Positions 39,701 through 52,700 of a DNA stretch of 64,000 bases are shown in pieces. Numbering within the stretch: position 1 is the stretch's first letter; every line of letters begins with the position of its first letter. Below the pieces are notes generated by a model. It was given only the letters and a program-made list of their open reading frames with translations. It had not been told where the DNA came from and did no database searches. The stretch comes from Geosiphon pyriformis uo1 (taxonomy: Eukaryota > Fungi > Glomeromycota). The stretch is from NCBI GenBank assembly GCA_016748015.1, contig JAAOMT010000671.1, forward strand, positions 124,001-188,000, read 5' to 3'. A program made the position numbers and the translations under genes.

Positions 39701-42700
39701 AACCATTCAATGATATATGGGCAGCAGTAGAATTTGGTTGTCAAAGTGTACTCCTTATCATTGCCACAATAAGCACCCATTGATGACAATTTTTTGCTGC
39801 AATCAATGCATACCAGTTTTGGGCAGTGATAAGTAGATCATTGGGGTGTAGTGTAGAAATTATAAGTGGTATTGCTGTTGGGTGTTGGTTCTTCTTCCTT
39901 CCCTTTTTCTTTCCCCTTTTTATTTTCTTTTCACTCCCAATTTATTAGTTCTTCTTGGTCGTTGTCAGTTTCTTAGGCTTGGTCGAAATTCCAGATAAGT
40001 TCTTTTTTTTGCTTTCCTTTGTTGTTGTCATCCCATGAGAGTACCAGTAGTAACACATTGTGGTTTTTGTTGGTCCAGAACACTTAATAGGCTTCTCAGA
40101 TAGGTTTTTTCTCTTCTTCTTCAAATTTAATAAGAGATGCTAGCATGTTGGTGGTTTTGAAATGACCACATGTGGCTAGTACCCGTGTGTGTCAATCATT
40201 CTGGCTGAGTTGAAGCTCTTGTGTGTTCCAATCAAGTGTCACGTTGGTTTTAAACAGCCAGTCATTGCCAATAAGTGCTTAATATTAAGTGGCTTCTATG
40301 ACTAATACTTTGATTGGCATGATAATGCCATTGATTTCTATAAAAAAGTTATCAATCTTGTCAATCAGAGTTTTGGTCATTCCATCAGCTGTGATAATTT
40401 ATGCACTGGCAGTTCGATCAACTCGGTGGCTTAATTGGTCTATAAGTTGTCTTGTGATGATACTGCTGGTTAATCTACTGTTTAAGATTAGTTTGATTAA
40501 GTGGCCATCAACTTTGGCATTAGTGTACATGGTGGTGATAGATTTTTCTTCAAGAGTGGCTTCATTAAATAACAGTATGGCCAACAGTTCCTTGAGTTTA
40601 AATGGAAAAATGGCATCTAGTAATTTGTTTTCAGTGATGGTAGTTGGTGGAATGTTGCTAGTAAGTGTTGGTTGTTGGTTGATTTTCAGATTATTGGATT
40701 GGACATCTTCTGAGGTAACCAAGAGACTTAAATAGTGTTGGGAATTCGGGTTTTGGGTGTACTCAGTGCCCAAATTCTATTGTTAAGATATTAATGGCTG
40801 GTTTGAGGAACTGGAGATCAGTTAATGGACTACTATTGACAATCTCCAGCTGAGGCCATGGCTGATAAATGGGTTGGAACTGCATTTAATAAATTGATGC
40901 TGGAGACTAATAGACTGAAGGTGAGTATAATTGCTGTGTCATTGGGGTTTGATACATTGGCCGCATCATAAGTAGGTAATTTGGTTAATATAGAGCTGAA
41001 TTTGATTGATAATTTGGAATTTGAATCTGGTGATTGGGATTTTGATATTGATTTTCCGATCATTGGTTATTTAAATGTTGGCAGCAATTGATTTGCAAGT
41101 GGCCTTGTTTACCACAATAGTGGCAAGTGTGTGTTTTTTGCTGCCACTATTGATTAGTCACAAAAAGTGCTGGACATGACTGATTTTGGAAGTAATTTCC
41201 GTTTTCCTGATTGTTATATAATTGGGGAAATTGATAAAGGACTTGATTGTTGTTAGCTAAGTACCCTTCTAATTTCTGATTGAGTGAGTCACTTAATTGC
41301 TTCAATTTGGAATCCAAGTCAGATAATCTATTCATCACTAGGATTATGGCTTGGGCATGGTTGGTTTTGAGTTCAGCTGCTTCAAAATCTCTGGCATTTG
41401 TAACTGTGGCTTAAAGGTCTGCTGGATGCATTGGACATACACGTTGAAGAATGTTACTGCACAGACCTCTAATAAATTGGTTCAGGATTTGTGGTGCTAT
41501 AAAATAATCAGTCTGGATTGCTTGAATTTGGTACAGATTCCTATGGAAGTGTCCTAGGTAAGTAGTAACTGCTTCATTTTCTCCTTGCTTGATAGTGGTG
41601 AAAGTGTTTGCCAATTGGTTAATGCTATTATTATTATTGAAGTATCCCAAGAATACAATTTTGAATTCCTAGAATGTTTGGGGTTTGATGACTAAACTTT
41701 GATACCACGAGTTAGTAGTATTCTGTAAGAAATAAGGAATGGCTTGGAATGCTCTTTGGTCATTTCATCTATTAGCCACGATAGCTTTTTCAATGTCATT
41801 AAGCCATATTTGGGTGTCATCTTTTTTGCTGGTGAATTTCTCAAGTTTTGCTATTGGAGCATAGGCCATTGGATCTAAGTTTGGTTGTTGAAGTTGTTGT
41901 TGCAGCTGTTGAAGTGGCTGTTGTGGTTGCTGTAGTGGTATTTGTTACAGTTGGATTAGTTTAACTGGTGGCTGATTAATGATGATTACTGGAGGTAAGT
42001 TTTGCTAATTAATTAACTTGGGATTTGGATTGTCTTGATTTGGCAGTATTTGAAAATTCAAAGTTTCAATTTCTGGGTTTTCAGTGATCGGGTTCTGGTA
42101 AGTAAATTCTTGATCTTCAAATTTTTCTTCTTTCTTTTCTGATTTCATTATCTTCCAAGGACTTGCATTTTCAAAATCTGGTTGAAGTGGCAGTAATTGA
42201 AATCCTGATGGAGTTGGCAATTGTGATTTAAATTCTTCAAAATAATTACCATAGGTTTCTAGTAATTCTGCTTTCTTTTGTTTACTTTGAAATAGTAGTC
42301 ATCTAAATGTTGATGTTGTATGTGATGTGGATGCGCTTGCTGATGAAATGTTAATGGTGCTTCTGAGTGTATAGTAGTATGATAGATTTGTTAGTAATTC
42401 AACTCTGGTTTTCTTCCAAGTAGGTGGTTGTATTTGTTTTGATATCACTGCTGGTGTTTGTAGTCTTCTCTTTCCTTTGTCTGCATAGGTAATTGGGAAT
42501 TGTTGTTGTGTGTATCTTTTAATAGTTTGATTGATTTCCTTGATGATTGGTGTAAAACTGTAATTTCTTAGTAAACTGGTATGTTGAAATAATTTTGTAT
42601 AGAAATTTTCTCTTGTGGATTCAATGTTAACTGTTTTTCCTAAGCAGTCTGTGATTTTATCATTGACATAAAAGTTAAAGGCTGATTCTGCTAGAAAATG

Positions 42701-42793
42701 GTTATTGTTTAATCCTAAATGTTGGCTGTACTGTTGAAACAAAAATTTGGTGAATCCTAAGTGGTTTGCTCCTATGATCTCTGATTCTGCCAC
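36708..42793 (-). pseudogene. F gag-pol with Cys-rich domain and dUTPase (~38500-38960)
   Basis: AESEIIGANHLG; capsid; protease; LCQYCLISCDFQYYNEC; DAGFNLRYPG; RT and RH motifs. Confidence 0.9.
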
Positions 42794-42855
42794 TTTTGAA
42801 TAATTGTTGTTGGTACTGGTTCTTTGTAGGATTATACCTTACAGGGAGCACCAAA

Positions 42856-43690
42856 TATTACAGATAATTATTTGAAGTCTCAAATCAAATAACAAATCTG
42901 TAACTTGGTGCTCAGTATGTTAATAATGCTGGTAATACTGGTATGTTGGTTGTATCTGAAGGTTTTAGGGTGGAGTTTTTTGTATAATGGACAGAGATTT
43001 AATTAATGGTTTTATTTATAGCTTCCCAAAACCACAGTTTTGTCAAATTTTTTTCTCAGCATAGTGGCTGGTAATCTTCTTGATAAGCTATCCTCAAATT
43101 TATAAGTGTTTTACTCTTGTTTCACAGGTTTTTTACCAGTCCCTATGATGTCTGTATTTCAGCACTTAATCCTTAATCAATTTAGCAAAACCCAAAGAAA
43201 TAACAAAAAAATAAAAGAAATAGCCGTGATTAAGAGCTATTGTTCTAGTGTGATTAAGTATCAATTACTATCAACATGAAGTGTTAATAGTGGAGAGTGG
43301 ATTAAGATAATAAATAATTATTTATTGATATTTGTGAATTGGAAAAGTTGCTTTGATGAAATCTAAACTGGGAGGTCTGTCTTTTCTACTTTTAATGCTA
43401 CCACTATATATACATAATTTGGGTTCTATGAGATTGCTCACATTCTCGAGCAATGTGCTATAATTTCTCAAGCAATACTCACATTGCTGAGCAATGTGCC
43501 ATATTTTCTTGATATTGCTTTATATTGCTGAGCAATGTACCATGATTTTTGACATTGTTTTACATTGCTGAACAATGTGTCATGATTTCTGACATTGCTC
43601 CACATTGCTAAACAATGTGTTCACGTGCTAACTACTACTCTCTTATTGGTCTTCTATTTTTTCTATATCCATTTTTTTTTATAAGTAACA
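42856..43690 (-). repeat. 5' LTR of F (40-bp palindromic U3 array)
   Basis: TGTTAC start at 43690; followed by PBS. Confidence 0.93.
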
Positions 43691-45931
43691 GTGGCTGCTT
43701 TTGGTTGGTTTTTTGGTTATGGAGTAAGGTATTTTCTGGAGTGACTAAGAGACTTAAGTAGTGTTGAGAATTTAAATTTTGAGTGTATCTGGTTCCTAAA
43801 CTCTACTAGCATGATTCTAATGGTTGGTTTGATAAGCTAAAAATTGGTTGGTGGACAACTATTGCCAATCTCCAGTTTTGAGTAACCCTTAATCTGGAAT
43901 TTCTTGATATTATCTGAACTAAGTTTGGTGATGGTGTTGAAATTTGTTGGAATTAATATATTATTTGTGGCTGTGGTTGATAAATAACTGGTGCTAAAGT
44001 CTGATAAATAGGTGGTTGATAAATTGGCAGCTGTATTATTGGTAGGTAATTTGGTTAATATAGTTCTGGATTAGGTTGATATCTTAGAGTTTAAAACTGG
44101 CAATTGGGATTTTGATATTGATTTCCTAATTATTAGTTATCTATTCTTAATTTGCAGTCAATTCTCAAATGTTCTTGTTTATTATAATAGTAGCAAACAC
44201 ATATCTTCTGCTGTCACTGCTAATTGGTTGATGATGCTGAATATGACTGATTTTGGAAACAATTCACATTTTTTTGATTATTGTATTGCTATGGAGATTA
44301 ATAAATTGCTTGATTGTTAGCTAAGTATCCTTCTAATTTTTAATTAATGGAATTACTGAATTGCTTCAACTTAAAATCCAATTCAGATGACCCGTTCATC
44401 ATTAGATTAATGGCTTGGGCATAGTTGGCTTCAAGTTTGGCTGATTCAAAGTATCTGGTGTAGGTGACAGTAGCTTAAAAGTCAGCTGGATTTAATGGAT
44501 ATATGCATTGGAGGATGCTACTGTGTAGTCCACAGATAAACTGATTCAGGATCTAAGCTATTGTAAAATAGTTCATGTCAATGGCTTGAATTTGGTGCAA
44601 ATTTCTGTAGAAGCATCCTAGGTATGTAGTAACTGTTTTACTTTCTTCTTACTTGATAGTGGTAAAAGTATTTGCCAAATGATTAATGCTATTATTGTTA
44701 CTGAAATATCTTACGAATTTCAGTTTGAATTCTTGAAAAGTTTGTGGTTTGGCAGCTAAACTCTGATACCATGAATTGATGATATCTTGGAGAAAATAGG
44801 GAATCACTTGAAGGGCTTTGTCATCATTCCATTCATTGATTGTGATGGTTTTTTCCATATCATTAAACCATACTTGGGTGTTATTTTTCTCACCAATAAA
44901 TTTCTCAATTTTAGTGATGGGTGCATATGCCATTGGTGCTAATGATAATTGTTGTTGTGGTTGAGATTGAGATTGAAGTTGCTGTTACAGTTGCTGCTAA
45001 GATGATGGTTGTGACTGTTGCTATTGCTGTTTGGCAATTGGTGGGATTGGTAATAGATCAATTATGATTACTGAAGGTAAGTTTTGGACAACAATAAGGG
45101 CAGTATATGGATTGTTCTGATTTTTCTGAGTTGGAATGATTGGGGTTTCAATTTCTGGATTTTCTAAAATCAGGTTTTGGTAATGAAATTCCTGATTGTT
45201 GTTTTTTTCTTCTTCTGATTTTGTTATCTCTTAGGGACTCACAGACCCAAGATCTGGTTGAAGTGGCAGTAATCAAAATCCTGATAGTATTAGTAATTGT
45301 GATTTAAATCTTTCAAAATAATTACCATATGTTCTTAATAATTCTGCTTTCTTTTGTTTACTTTAAAATAGAAGTTGTCTAAATGTTAATATTATGTTTG
45401 ATGTGAATGCATCTACTAATGCAATATTGATGGTACTTCTGGATGTATAATGATATGATAAATATAGTGGAGATTCAATTTTTTGTTTTTTCCACATTGG
45501 TAATTGTATTCCTTTTGGAGTTGCTGTTGGTGTTTGTAACTTTCCTTTACTTTTATTTGCATAAGTAATGGGAAATTGTTGTTGAGTATATCTTTCAATT
45601 TCTTGATTAATTTCTCTGATGATTGGTGCAAAACTGTGATTTTATGATAAACTGGTGTGTTGAATTAATTCTGTATAGAAATTTTTCCTTGCCAATTCAA
45701 TGTTAACTGGTCTTTCTAGAAAATTTGTGATTCTTTCATTGATGTAAAAGTTGAAGGCTAATTTTACTAAATAATGGTTGTTGGTTAAATCTAATTGTTA
45801 GGTATATTGTTGAAATAAAGATTTGGTGAATCCCAAATGTTTTGTTCCTATTATTTCTGATTCTGCTACTTTTGAATGACTGCTGTTGGTGCTGGTTCTT
45901 TATAGGATTAGACTTTACAGAGAGCACTAAA

Positions 45932-46773
45932 TGTTACAAGTAATTATTTGGGGTCTTAAGTCAAATAACAAACCCATAACTTGGTGCTAATTCATTTGAT
46001 AACATTAATAATATCTGTAAGTTGTTTGTATCTAAAGATTTTGGTTAAGTCTTTTGTATAATAGACAGAGATTCAATTGTGATTTTAGTAGCCTCCTGAA
46101 ATCACAATTCTATCAAATTTTTTTCTCAGTATGGTGACCAGTAATCTTTCTGGTAAGTTATCTTCAAATCTATGAGTTCTCTACCCTTGGTTTATGGATC
46201 TTTTACCAGTCTTTATAACATTTATAACTTAACACTTTTAATTTTTAATCAATTAGTACCAACAAGAAATAACAAAAAGAAGAAGAAAAATAAAATAAAA
46301 AAAATAAAAAAATAAGCCAAGACAATAAATGTTAGTATCTTGTCAATAGCCATAATTAAAAGCTATTGTTCTAGTATGATTAAGTATCAGTTACTATCAA
46401 CATAAAGTGTTGATAGTGGAGAATGGATTGAGATAGTGAATAATTATTTATTAATATTTGTAAATAGAAAGGTTGCTTAAATCAAATCTAAACTGAGAGG
46501 TTTGTCTTTTCTATTTCTAATGCTATTGTTATATATACATAATCAAGATTTTTCAATTTCTTAATTTTTCACACCAGGAATCCTGGAATTCCTGGAATCT
46601 TGCAATTTCTTTGAGAGGAATTCTGGAATTCTGGAATTCTTTATATAAGAATTCTAAAATTTTTGGAATCCTGCAATTCTTCTGAGAGGAATCTTAAAAT
46701 TTTACATTTACTATGGCTACTTTTGATTAGTTAATTTATATATTAATATACTTCTTATATTCTAAGAATAACA
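45932..46773 (-). repeat. 5' LTR of E (C-type U3)
   Basis: Homologous to C LTRs; decayed PBS TAGTGCTCTCTGTAAAG adjacent at ~45912-45929. Confidence 0.9.
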
Positions 46774-48429
46774 ATGGAAAGCACAAAGAATTTGATATCT
46801 TGCAAAGTATTGGTTGCTTAATGATAAGTTTCCAATATCAAAACATAAAAAACACCAAAAAATGATTAGAATAATTAATAATGAAAACATTATAGAAAGA
46901 TGTCATATTTGGATTAGAAACCAAAACTTCAATACTACTTTAGTCACATTTAAAAAATTCATCAAGCATGAATTGTTTCTTAATATTGGAATAATAATAA
47001 AAAAAACTATTAGTCTTATAACTGCAGTAAGATAGCTCAAAATTCTTGGTTATTTATTTCAACAATATTATCAAGGCTTATATTATGATAAACATGAAAG
47101 AAATAATGTCTTGTAATCTCAAAAAAAATTTTTAAAAAAAATATATGAGCATGAAAAATATATGTCAAAGTATAAAAGTGAATTTATGGATCAAATACAT
47201 CCTAATTTACTTAATAAAAAGAAAAAAAAATTCTTGTAGTCTATGATAAATGCATTTTTTATTCAAATAATAACAAGTGTAACATATGGACTAAGCATGA
47301 AAATTTGCCACTAAGAAAAAAAGGAAATAAAAAATCAATTATAGTTAGTAAATTTTTAACTAAAATTGATAAATATTTACATTTACAACAAAATAATATA
47401 AAAAACTATTTTAATATATCAGAAAAAACATGATGTTATTTGCAACCTAGTATAAATCAAGATGGTTATTAGACAGCAGATCATCTTTTTAAACAAATTA
47501 AATGTAAAGCAATTTCAGTTTTTAAGAAATTATATCCAGATTGTACAGTTGTATTTGTTTTTGATAATAGCTCTAATCATGCAGCATTTAATAAAGATGC
47601 TTTAATTGTAAGCAGGATAAATTTAAGTCCAAGTGGAAAGCAATCATTAATGTAAAATACTTCTTTTAGATTAGATAATCAATTACAATTAATAATCTTC
47701 TTAGAAACATATTCAGATGAAAAACTTTAAGAATTGCCTAAAGGAATTAAATAAGTATTAATAGAACAAAAAAAATGGCCATCAAAAGAATTAGTATTAG
47801 AATGCAAAAAATGCAAAAAAAAATCAAAGATTCTTTAAGAGTTTCTTGTTGTGTATGTCAAGTAATATCTTTGGAATCTAATTTTTTTGCTTAAAAAAAT
47901 ACAATTAAAGAATTAATCGAAAATATAAGACATAAGTGCATTTTTTTTCCAAAATTTTATTGCAAATTAAATTTTATTAAAAGATATTGAGGAGCTGCTA
48001 AAAGATATGCACATAACAAATACAATTATTCATGAAAAAAATTACAAAGAACAGTGCTTAAAAGTCTTGAATCAGTATTTTTAATAACTATTAGATGATT
48101 TTCAAAAAAATATTGGTGTTATATGAATTTTTATAGAAAAAATTTTAGTAGAAAATTAGTAAAATATGCTATAAAAAAATATAAATTTTATAGAAAAATC
48201 CCAGATAATATTCTTAAAGAATTAGACAAATTAAAATAATATTCAAATTTTGTAATACTGTATTGGTTTTATATTATATAAAATTTAATAAAATTTTATT
48301 TTTTATTATAAATAATATATTAAAAACACATATATATTAACCAATAAAATTTAATTATATAAATAAAAATATGTAAAAATCATCATTTAAAATTTTGGAT
48401 TAATATATATTTTTGGCGATTATAAATAG
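46774..48429 (+). mobile_element. Decayed IS630/Tc1/mariner-like DDE transposase (5' part displaced by E)
   Basis: Decayed YDKCIFYSNN (HDE..F..ND type), FVFDNSSNH, FFPKFYCKLNFIKRY (LNxIE motif); stop ~48239; terminal repeat not established. Confidence 0.7.
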
Positions 48430-51400
48430 TTTACATCATATTATCGACAAAAGCACTAACAGCCAGAAATAAAGACAACTCACTCTGATTTTCTATTCTG
48501 CCAGTTTTGACAACAAATTTAGTATTAATATGATAATCACATAAACTTTTATGTCTTTTGACTTTGCATAGAAGAGAATTATAAAAATTTTTTTAAAGCA
48601 AAGGAGAGAAAACTTTGTCTTAGTTCAAACTGTCATGTACACAGTACTCATTAGTCAAATTATAATTAGTTATAACCCAATTAATTCTATTATTGTGAAT
48701 ATTTCCAAAGAATTTGATGAATTTTTCATACATCTTAATCCAAACTAAACTATTCTTTAAATAATACCAACTTACAAAGTTATAAATCTTTTGCATATTT
48801 TACAAAACCAGCCAAAGTTTGTGACCTTTTTTCAAAGCATTCTTAACTATAGAACCAATTGCAAAAATAGAAGACTGGGTAGTAGTTCTCTTTAATACTA
48901 AAAAATTATCACCACAAAAAACATTAAATCTATTACAAGCCAAGGAAATTCTATCAGAAAACAACTTGAAAAAATTTTTTTAGGCAGTTTTAATCAACAT
49001 AATTAGCCTAGTATTAGTCAGAACATCTTTTCACTTATAAGATTTAAAAATCATTGACACTTAAGCCTTTTTTTAAGATTAAAAAACAGACTTATATACT
49101 AAATAAAAGTTCAAAAAATCTGAAAACATAATAAAAACAAAACTGTTACAATGTTTCCAAAGCTTATTCATAATATTAAACAAATTAGCAGTCTTCTCAT
49201 TAAACAGATCTTTAACTACATACATTATATTCTTATAATTAATAACATTTATAATATTAGAAAAAGCACTATTATTAATATAAACCAGTAGCAAATATTG
49301 TTAATACTACAAACCAAGAACACTATCTAATACTTTTTTCTTTTTTGTTCAGCTTTTCATAATCACATTAATTTTGAACTTAATCTCAACAAAATTCAGA
49401 ACCAACTTATCATTAACAACCAAATAATCTAGCATAATTCTTTGAAAAAAACATTTTAAAACACTCCTAATTGTATGACTTTTATTGACAGCAAAGCTCT
49501 CTATTTATTTATCAATAGCAGACCTAATATAAGATTCCTTAGTTTTCAGAGATTTAGCAAGCTTGAAAACACAATATGATTTTTTTACAGCAAAAAAAGC
49601 AAATCTTACATTATTAAAATTGGCACCAGAATCCAACAAAATTTGAATCTTCAAAGCATTGTCATTGTCCAATGATAATTAGTAGTTTACCAAAAAAAAA
49701 AGCTCATTACTAAATTTATCTCATAAAAATTTGGCTATTTTTAATACTAAAAACTCCAATTTATGAAATCTGAAAGATTCTTTGGTAAAAATATCATCAA
49801 ACTCTTTGAATCATTTCTTCTTGAATACTTTATTAACTAATAGACTCACTATTTTATGAACAATATTCCACATAGTATTCAGATCTAAGAAATTCCTAAA
49901 TATAGTAAACTCATCAGAAAACAGAACTGTATTAACCAGTATAGTATTTTTAAACTCATTTTATTTAGTATTATTAGCATTCTTAAAATCAAATTTCCAG
50001 CAGTCTCTATTTGTCTGCTTATGAAAAGAGTACAACTATACATTAAGCAAACCACCCAGTTCTAAAAAAATGGACACAGCATAATAATTAGTATCAAAGT
50101 GCTCTCTAATATCTAAAACATCACAATCCACAACCATGTTAACACAGTTTAAAAAAATAAAAATAAAATCAATTGTTTTTTTAACATCTTTAGAATTGAA
50201 CTATGTTAAAGTTTTTGCAACTGAACTTTTTACCAAAGAATTAATCAGTCTTAATTCAAGGCACTTTTTGAAACTAGTGTATTTACAAGAACCATCTTTA
50301 TTAAAATCACCACCTAAAATTGCAAATAAGGATTTATTTACAGTCTTAGCAATTAATGAATTGATTTTTTTAGCTTAAAATAAGCATGTTACTAGAATGG
50401 TACCAGCATATAAATCCAAAATTAACACAGAAAGTTTATTCTTAAAAAGCAACTTAATAGACAATAGTCTACCAGCAATTTCTGAAATCTTGTATATGTG
50501 TTTTGTTAAACTGATATTCATAATAACTGCAATACCAGAATCTAAGTAACCAGACTTTAAACCAGAAGTGAAAATCTAAACATTATCAAATTTATTTATA
50601 ATCTATAGATAAATCTTTTCTCTTAATTTTGTTTCAGTAATAATAGTAACTAAATTGTTCATATCTTTATGCCAATAAATAATATTCTCTTACTTTACAG
50701 AATTGTTCATATCTTTAATATTACACATGACAATTTTCCAGATTAAATCAGTTATTGTTAGAAAAAATTGTTTAAAACCAAATTCCTATTATCCATTTTT
50801 GCCAATATATTTATAATTATATCTGACAAATTGTCTATTTTAATTTCAAATTTCTTGATAGTTGATAGTTTTAAAAAACTCTATTTTTGTTATAGTCTCA
50901 TTATTAGTAACAGCACTTAAACTTTTATTTATTACTGTGTCTGTTCCTTAATTCTGTGATAAAAAGATTACCAACAGCTAACATTCAGGACTAAACTAGA
51001 AAACTATTGGCTTAAGTGCTTTTAATCTCTTAGCCAGCTTATTTATTTTTTCTGCAAGATTGATAAAACTGTACTCAAGAATAGCAAACTTATTATTTAC
51101 ATCTAAAGAAACCAACAAAAGAAGTTTTACATTTAATAACAAACCAACATTAAAAAAAACTAAAAAAACTATATGAAAAGTAGAATCACTAGCAATCTGG
51201 ATCCAAGTTTTACCACCAAAAAAAACTGAATAAGCAATTAACACCTGCTTTTTTATATATATATTGGCTAAACAAGCCTAATTTTGAGAAATTACCACAC
51301 ATTTATTATGACCACCAGAATACTTACTTATTGAATACATATTAGAGACATAATTAAACTGTTTATATTGAGCACAACAGGCCAAAAAAAACCAGTTCAG

Positions 51401-52700
51401 TATAAATTTACATTCTTAAAAACTTGTATAGAATTAATAGCAGTCAATTTAGATGTTTTGTCAGCAAAACAAATTACAACACATTTATTACATACATATG
51501 AACTTAGATTACAGCCAATAAAACATGTTTTTCTCTTATATAATTCCAACAAACCAAATAAATTATAAGCAATAATACTAATTGGCAAAGTATATAACAA
51601 AGCTTGATAAAGATTCTTGAAAACTCATGATTATTTATTATTAATTGCCAATGCTATATGCACAGAATTTTTTTTTAAAAAAATTAACCATTTAAAAACA
51701 ACTAAACTGGCAACATTTAATGACTCAAATTCCACCAAAATCTTTTGTTAAAGACCAATTAATTGTATTTTAATTGAAATAATTTTACCAAATTTGGAGA
51801 ATATTAATTCTATGACTAATTTGAGAAAATTTATTAAAATTTTCTTGACAACTACTTCTTAATTTAAATGGTTATTTGGTTTTTTAACATCAATATTAAC
51901 CAAGATTTTTGTATTAATAGTCAATTCTCTAGCCTTTAGTAAACTTAACTCTGAAGTAAAAAAAAACTTGATCAATTCTAAGAATTTTGAGAGAGTAGAT
52001 GCTCTTCCAAAACCATCTACACAATAAAAAATCTTTTTCAATACCATCAATTTATTACCAAAAAATTTGCCAGACACAGCCAATAAGTTAATATCCAATG
52101 TGAATAATTTATTAGGTCCAAAATTTCTAATATTTTTACTTTGTAACTTGGCCAATAGCAACTTTTTGGAATTAGCAAATATAGGTGCTAGAAGCACCAA
52201 TTCAGTTTTATTATTACTTAAATTATCAAATAATAATACTTTAGGTGGTTATTGTAAAACATATATTCTCATTAGTGTCTTTCTTAGAATTGTGTTACTT
52301 ATTATATTATTAATATTAGAAGTGTTGAAGTCCACGTAACTCATTTCTTTAGTAATTGTGTTTTTTATGTTCTTAATATTAGACATCTTACTAATATTAG
52401 CTTTTTTATTGTCTACTTTACTATTTTAAGACTTTTTGTATTCTTTAATACTAGTTTGTAAAACATCAACAAATATAAAACTAGTTGACAAATCTATTAC
52501 ACTATTAATAACTTTAGATTTTTTTGGTTTTTTGTATAAGAGACTATAAGAGTAGATACTTTTAATATACACTTTCTTCTTATTGCTAGATCAGATCTCA
52601 ACTTAGCTGAAATAAAACTAGAATTACCAATAAAAGAGCTTATTAGATCTATAATAACAAATAAGAGTACATTAAAAGAAATAATAACAAAAACAAAAAG
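48430..52700 (-). mobile_element. Decayed LINE, 5' part (ORF1 with zinc knuckle; ORF2 AP-endonuclease and RT up to FVDD)
   Basis: CAQYKQFNYVSNVF knuckle relic ~51340-51380; WKIVMCNIKDMN and ITETKL endonuclease motifs ~50620-50745; SAFVDN at ~48440-48460. Confidence 0.82.

Larger units (their letters stand above)
33744..43690 (-). mobile_element. Full-length degenerate dUTPase-bearing Ty3/gypsy element F (internally close to C)
   Basis: LTRs 42856-43690 and 33744-34591; exact TSD GTGG/GTGG; PBS 42836-42853; PPT 34592-34607. Confidence 0.95.
12126..46773 (-). mobile_element. Ty3/gypsy element E, in segments 45932-46773 (5' LTR), 43695-45931 (PBS, gag), 33004-33743 (protease) and 12126-13086 (Cys-rich domain, dUTPase start)
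   Basis: Segments rejoin across the TSDs of F (GTGG/GTGG) and C (ATAG/GCAG); MAYAPITKIEKF gag at 44933; decayed protease motif ~33550. Confidence 0.88.

Noticed and set aside
48395-48432. Terminal inverted repeat and TA TSD of the Tc1-like element
   Set aside because: The partner end is not in the window and no TA follows the apparent junction
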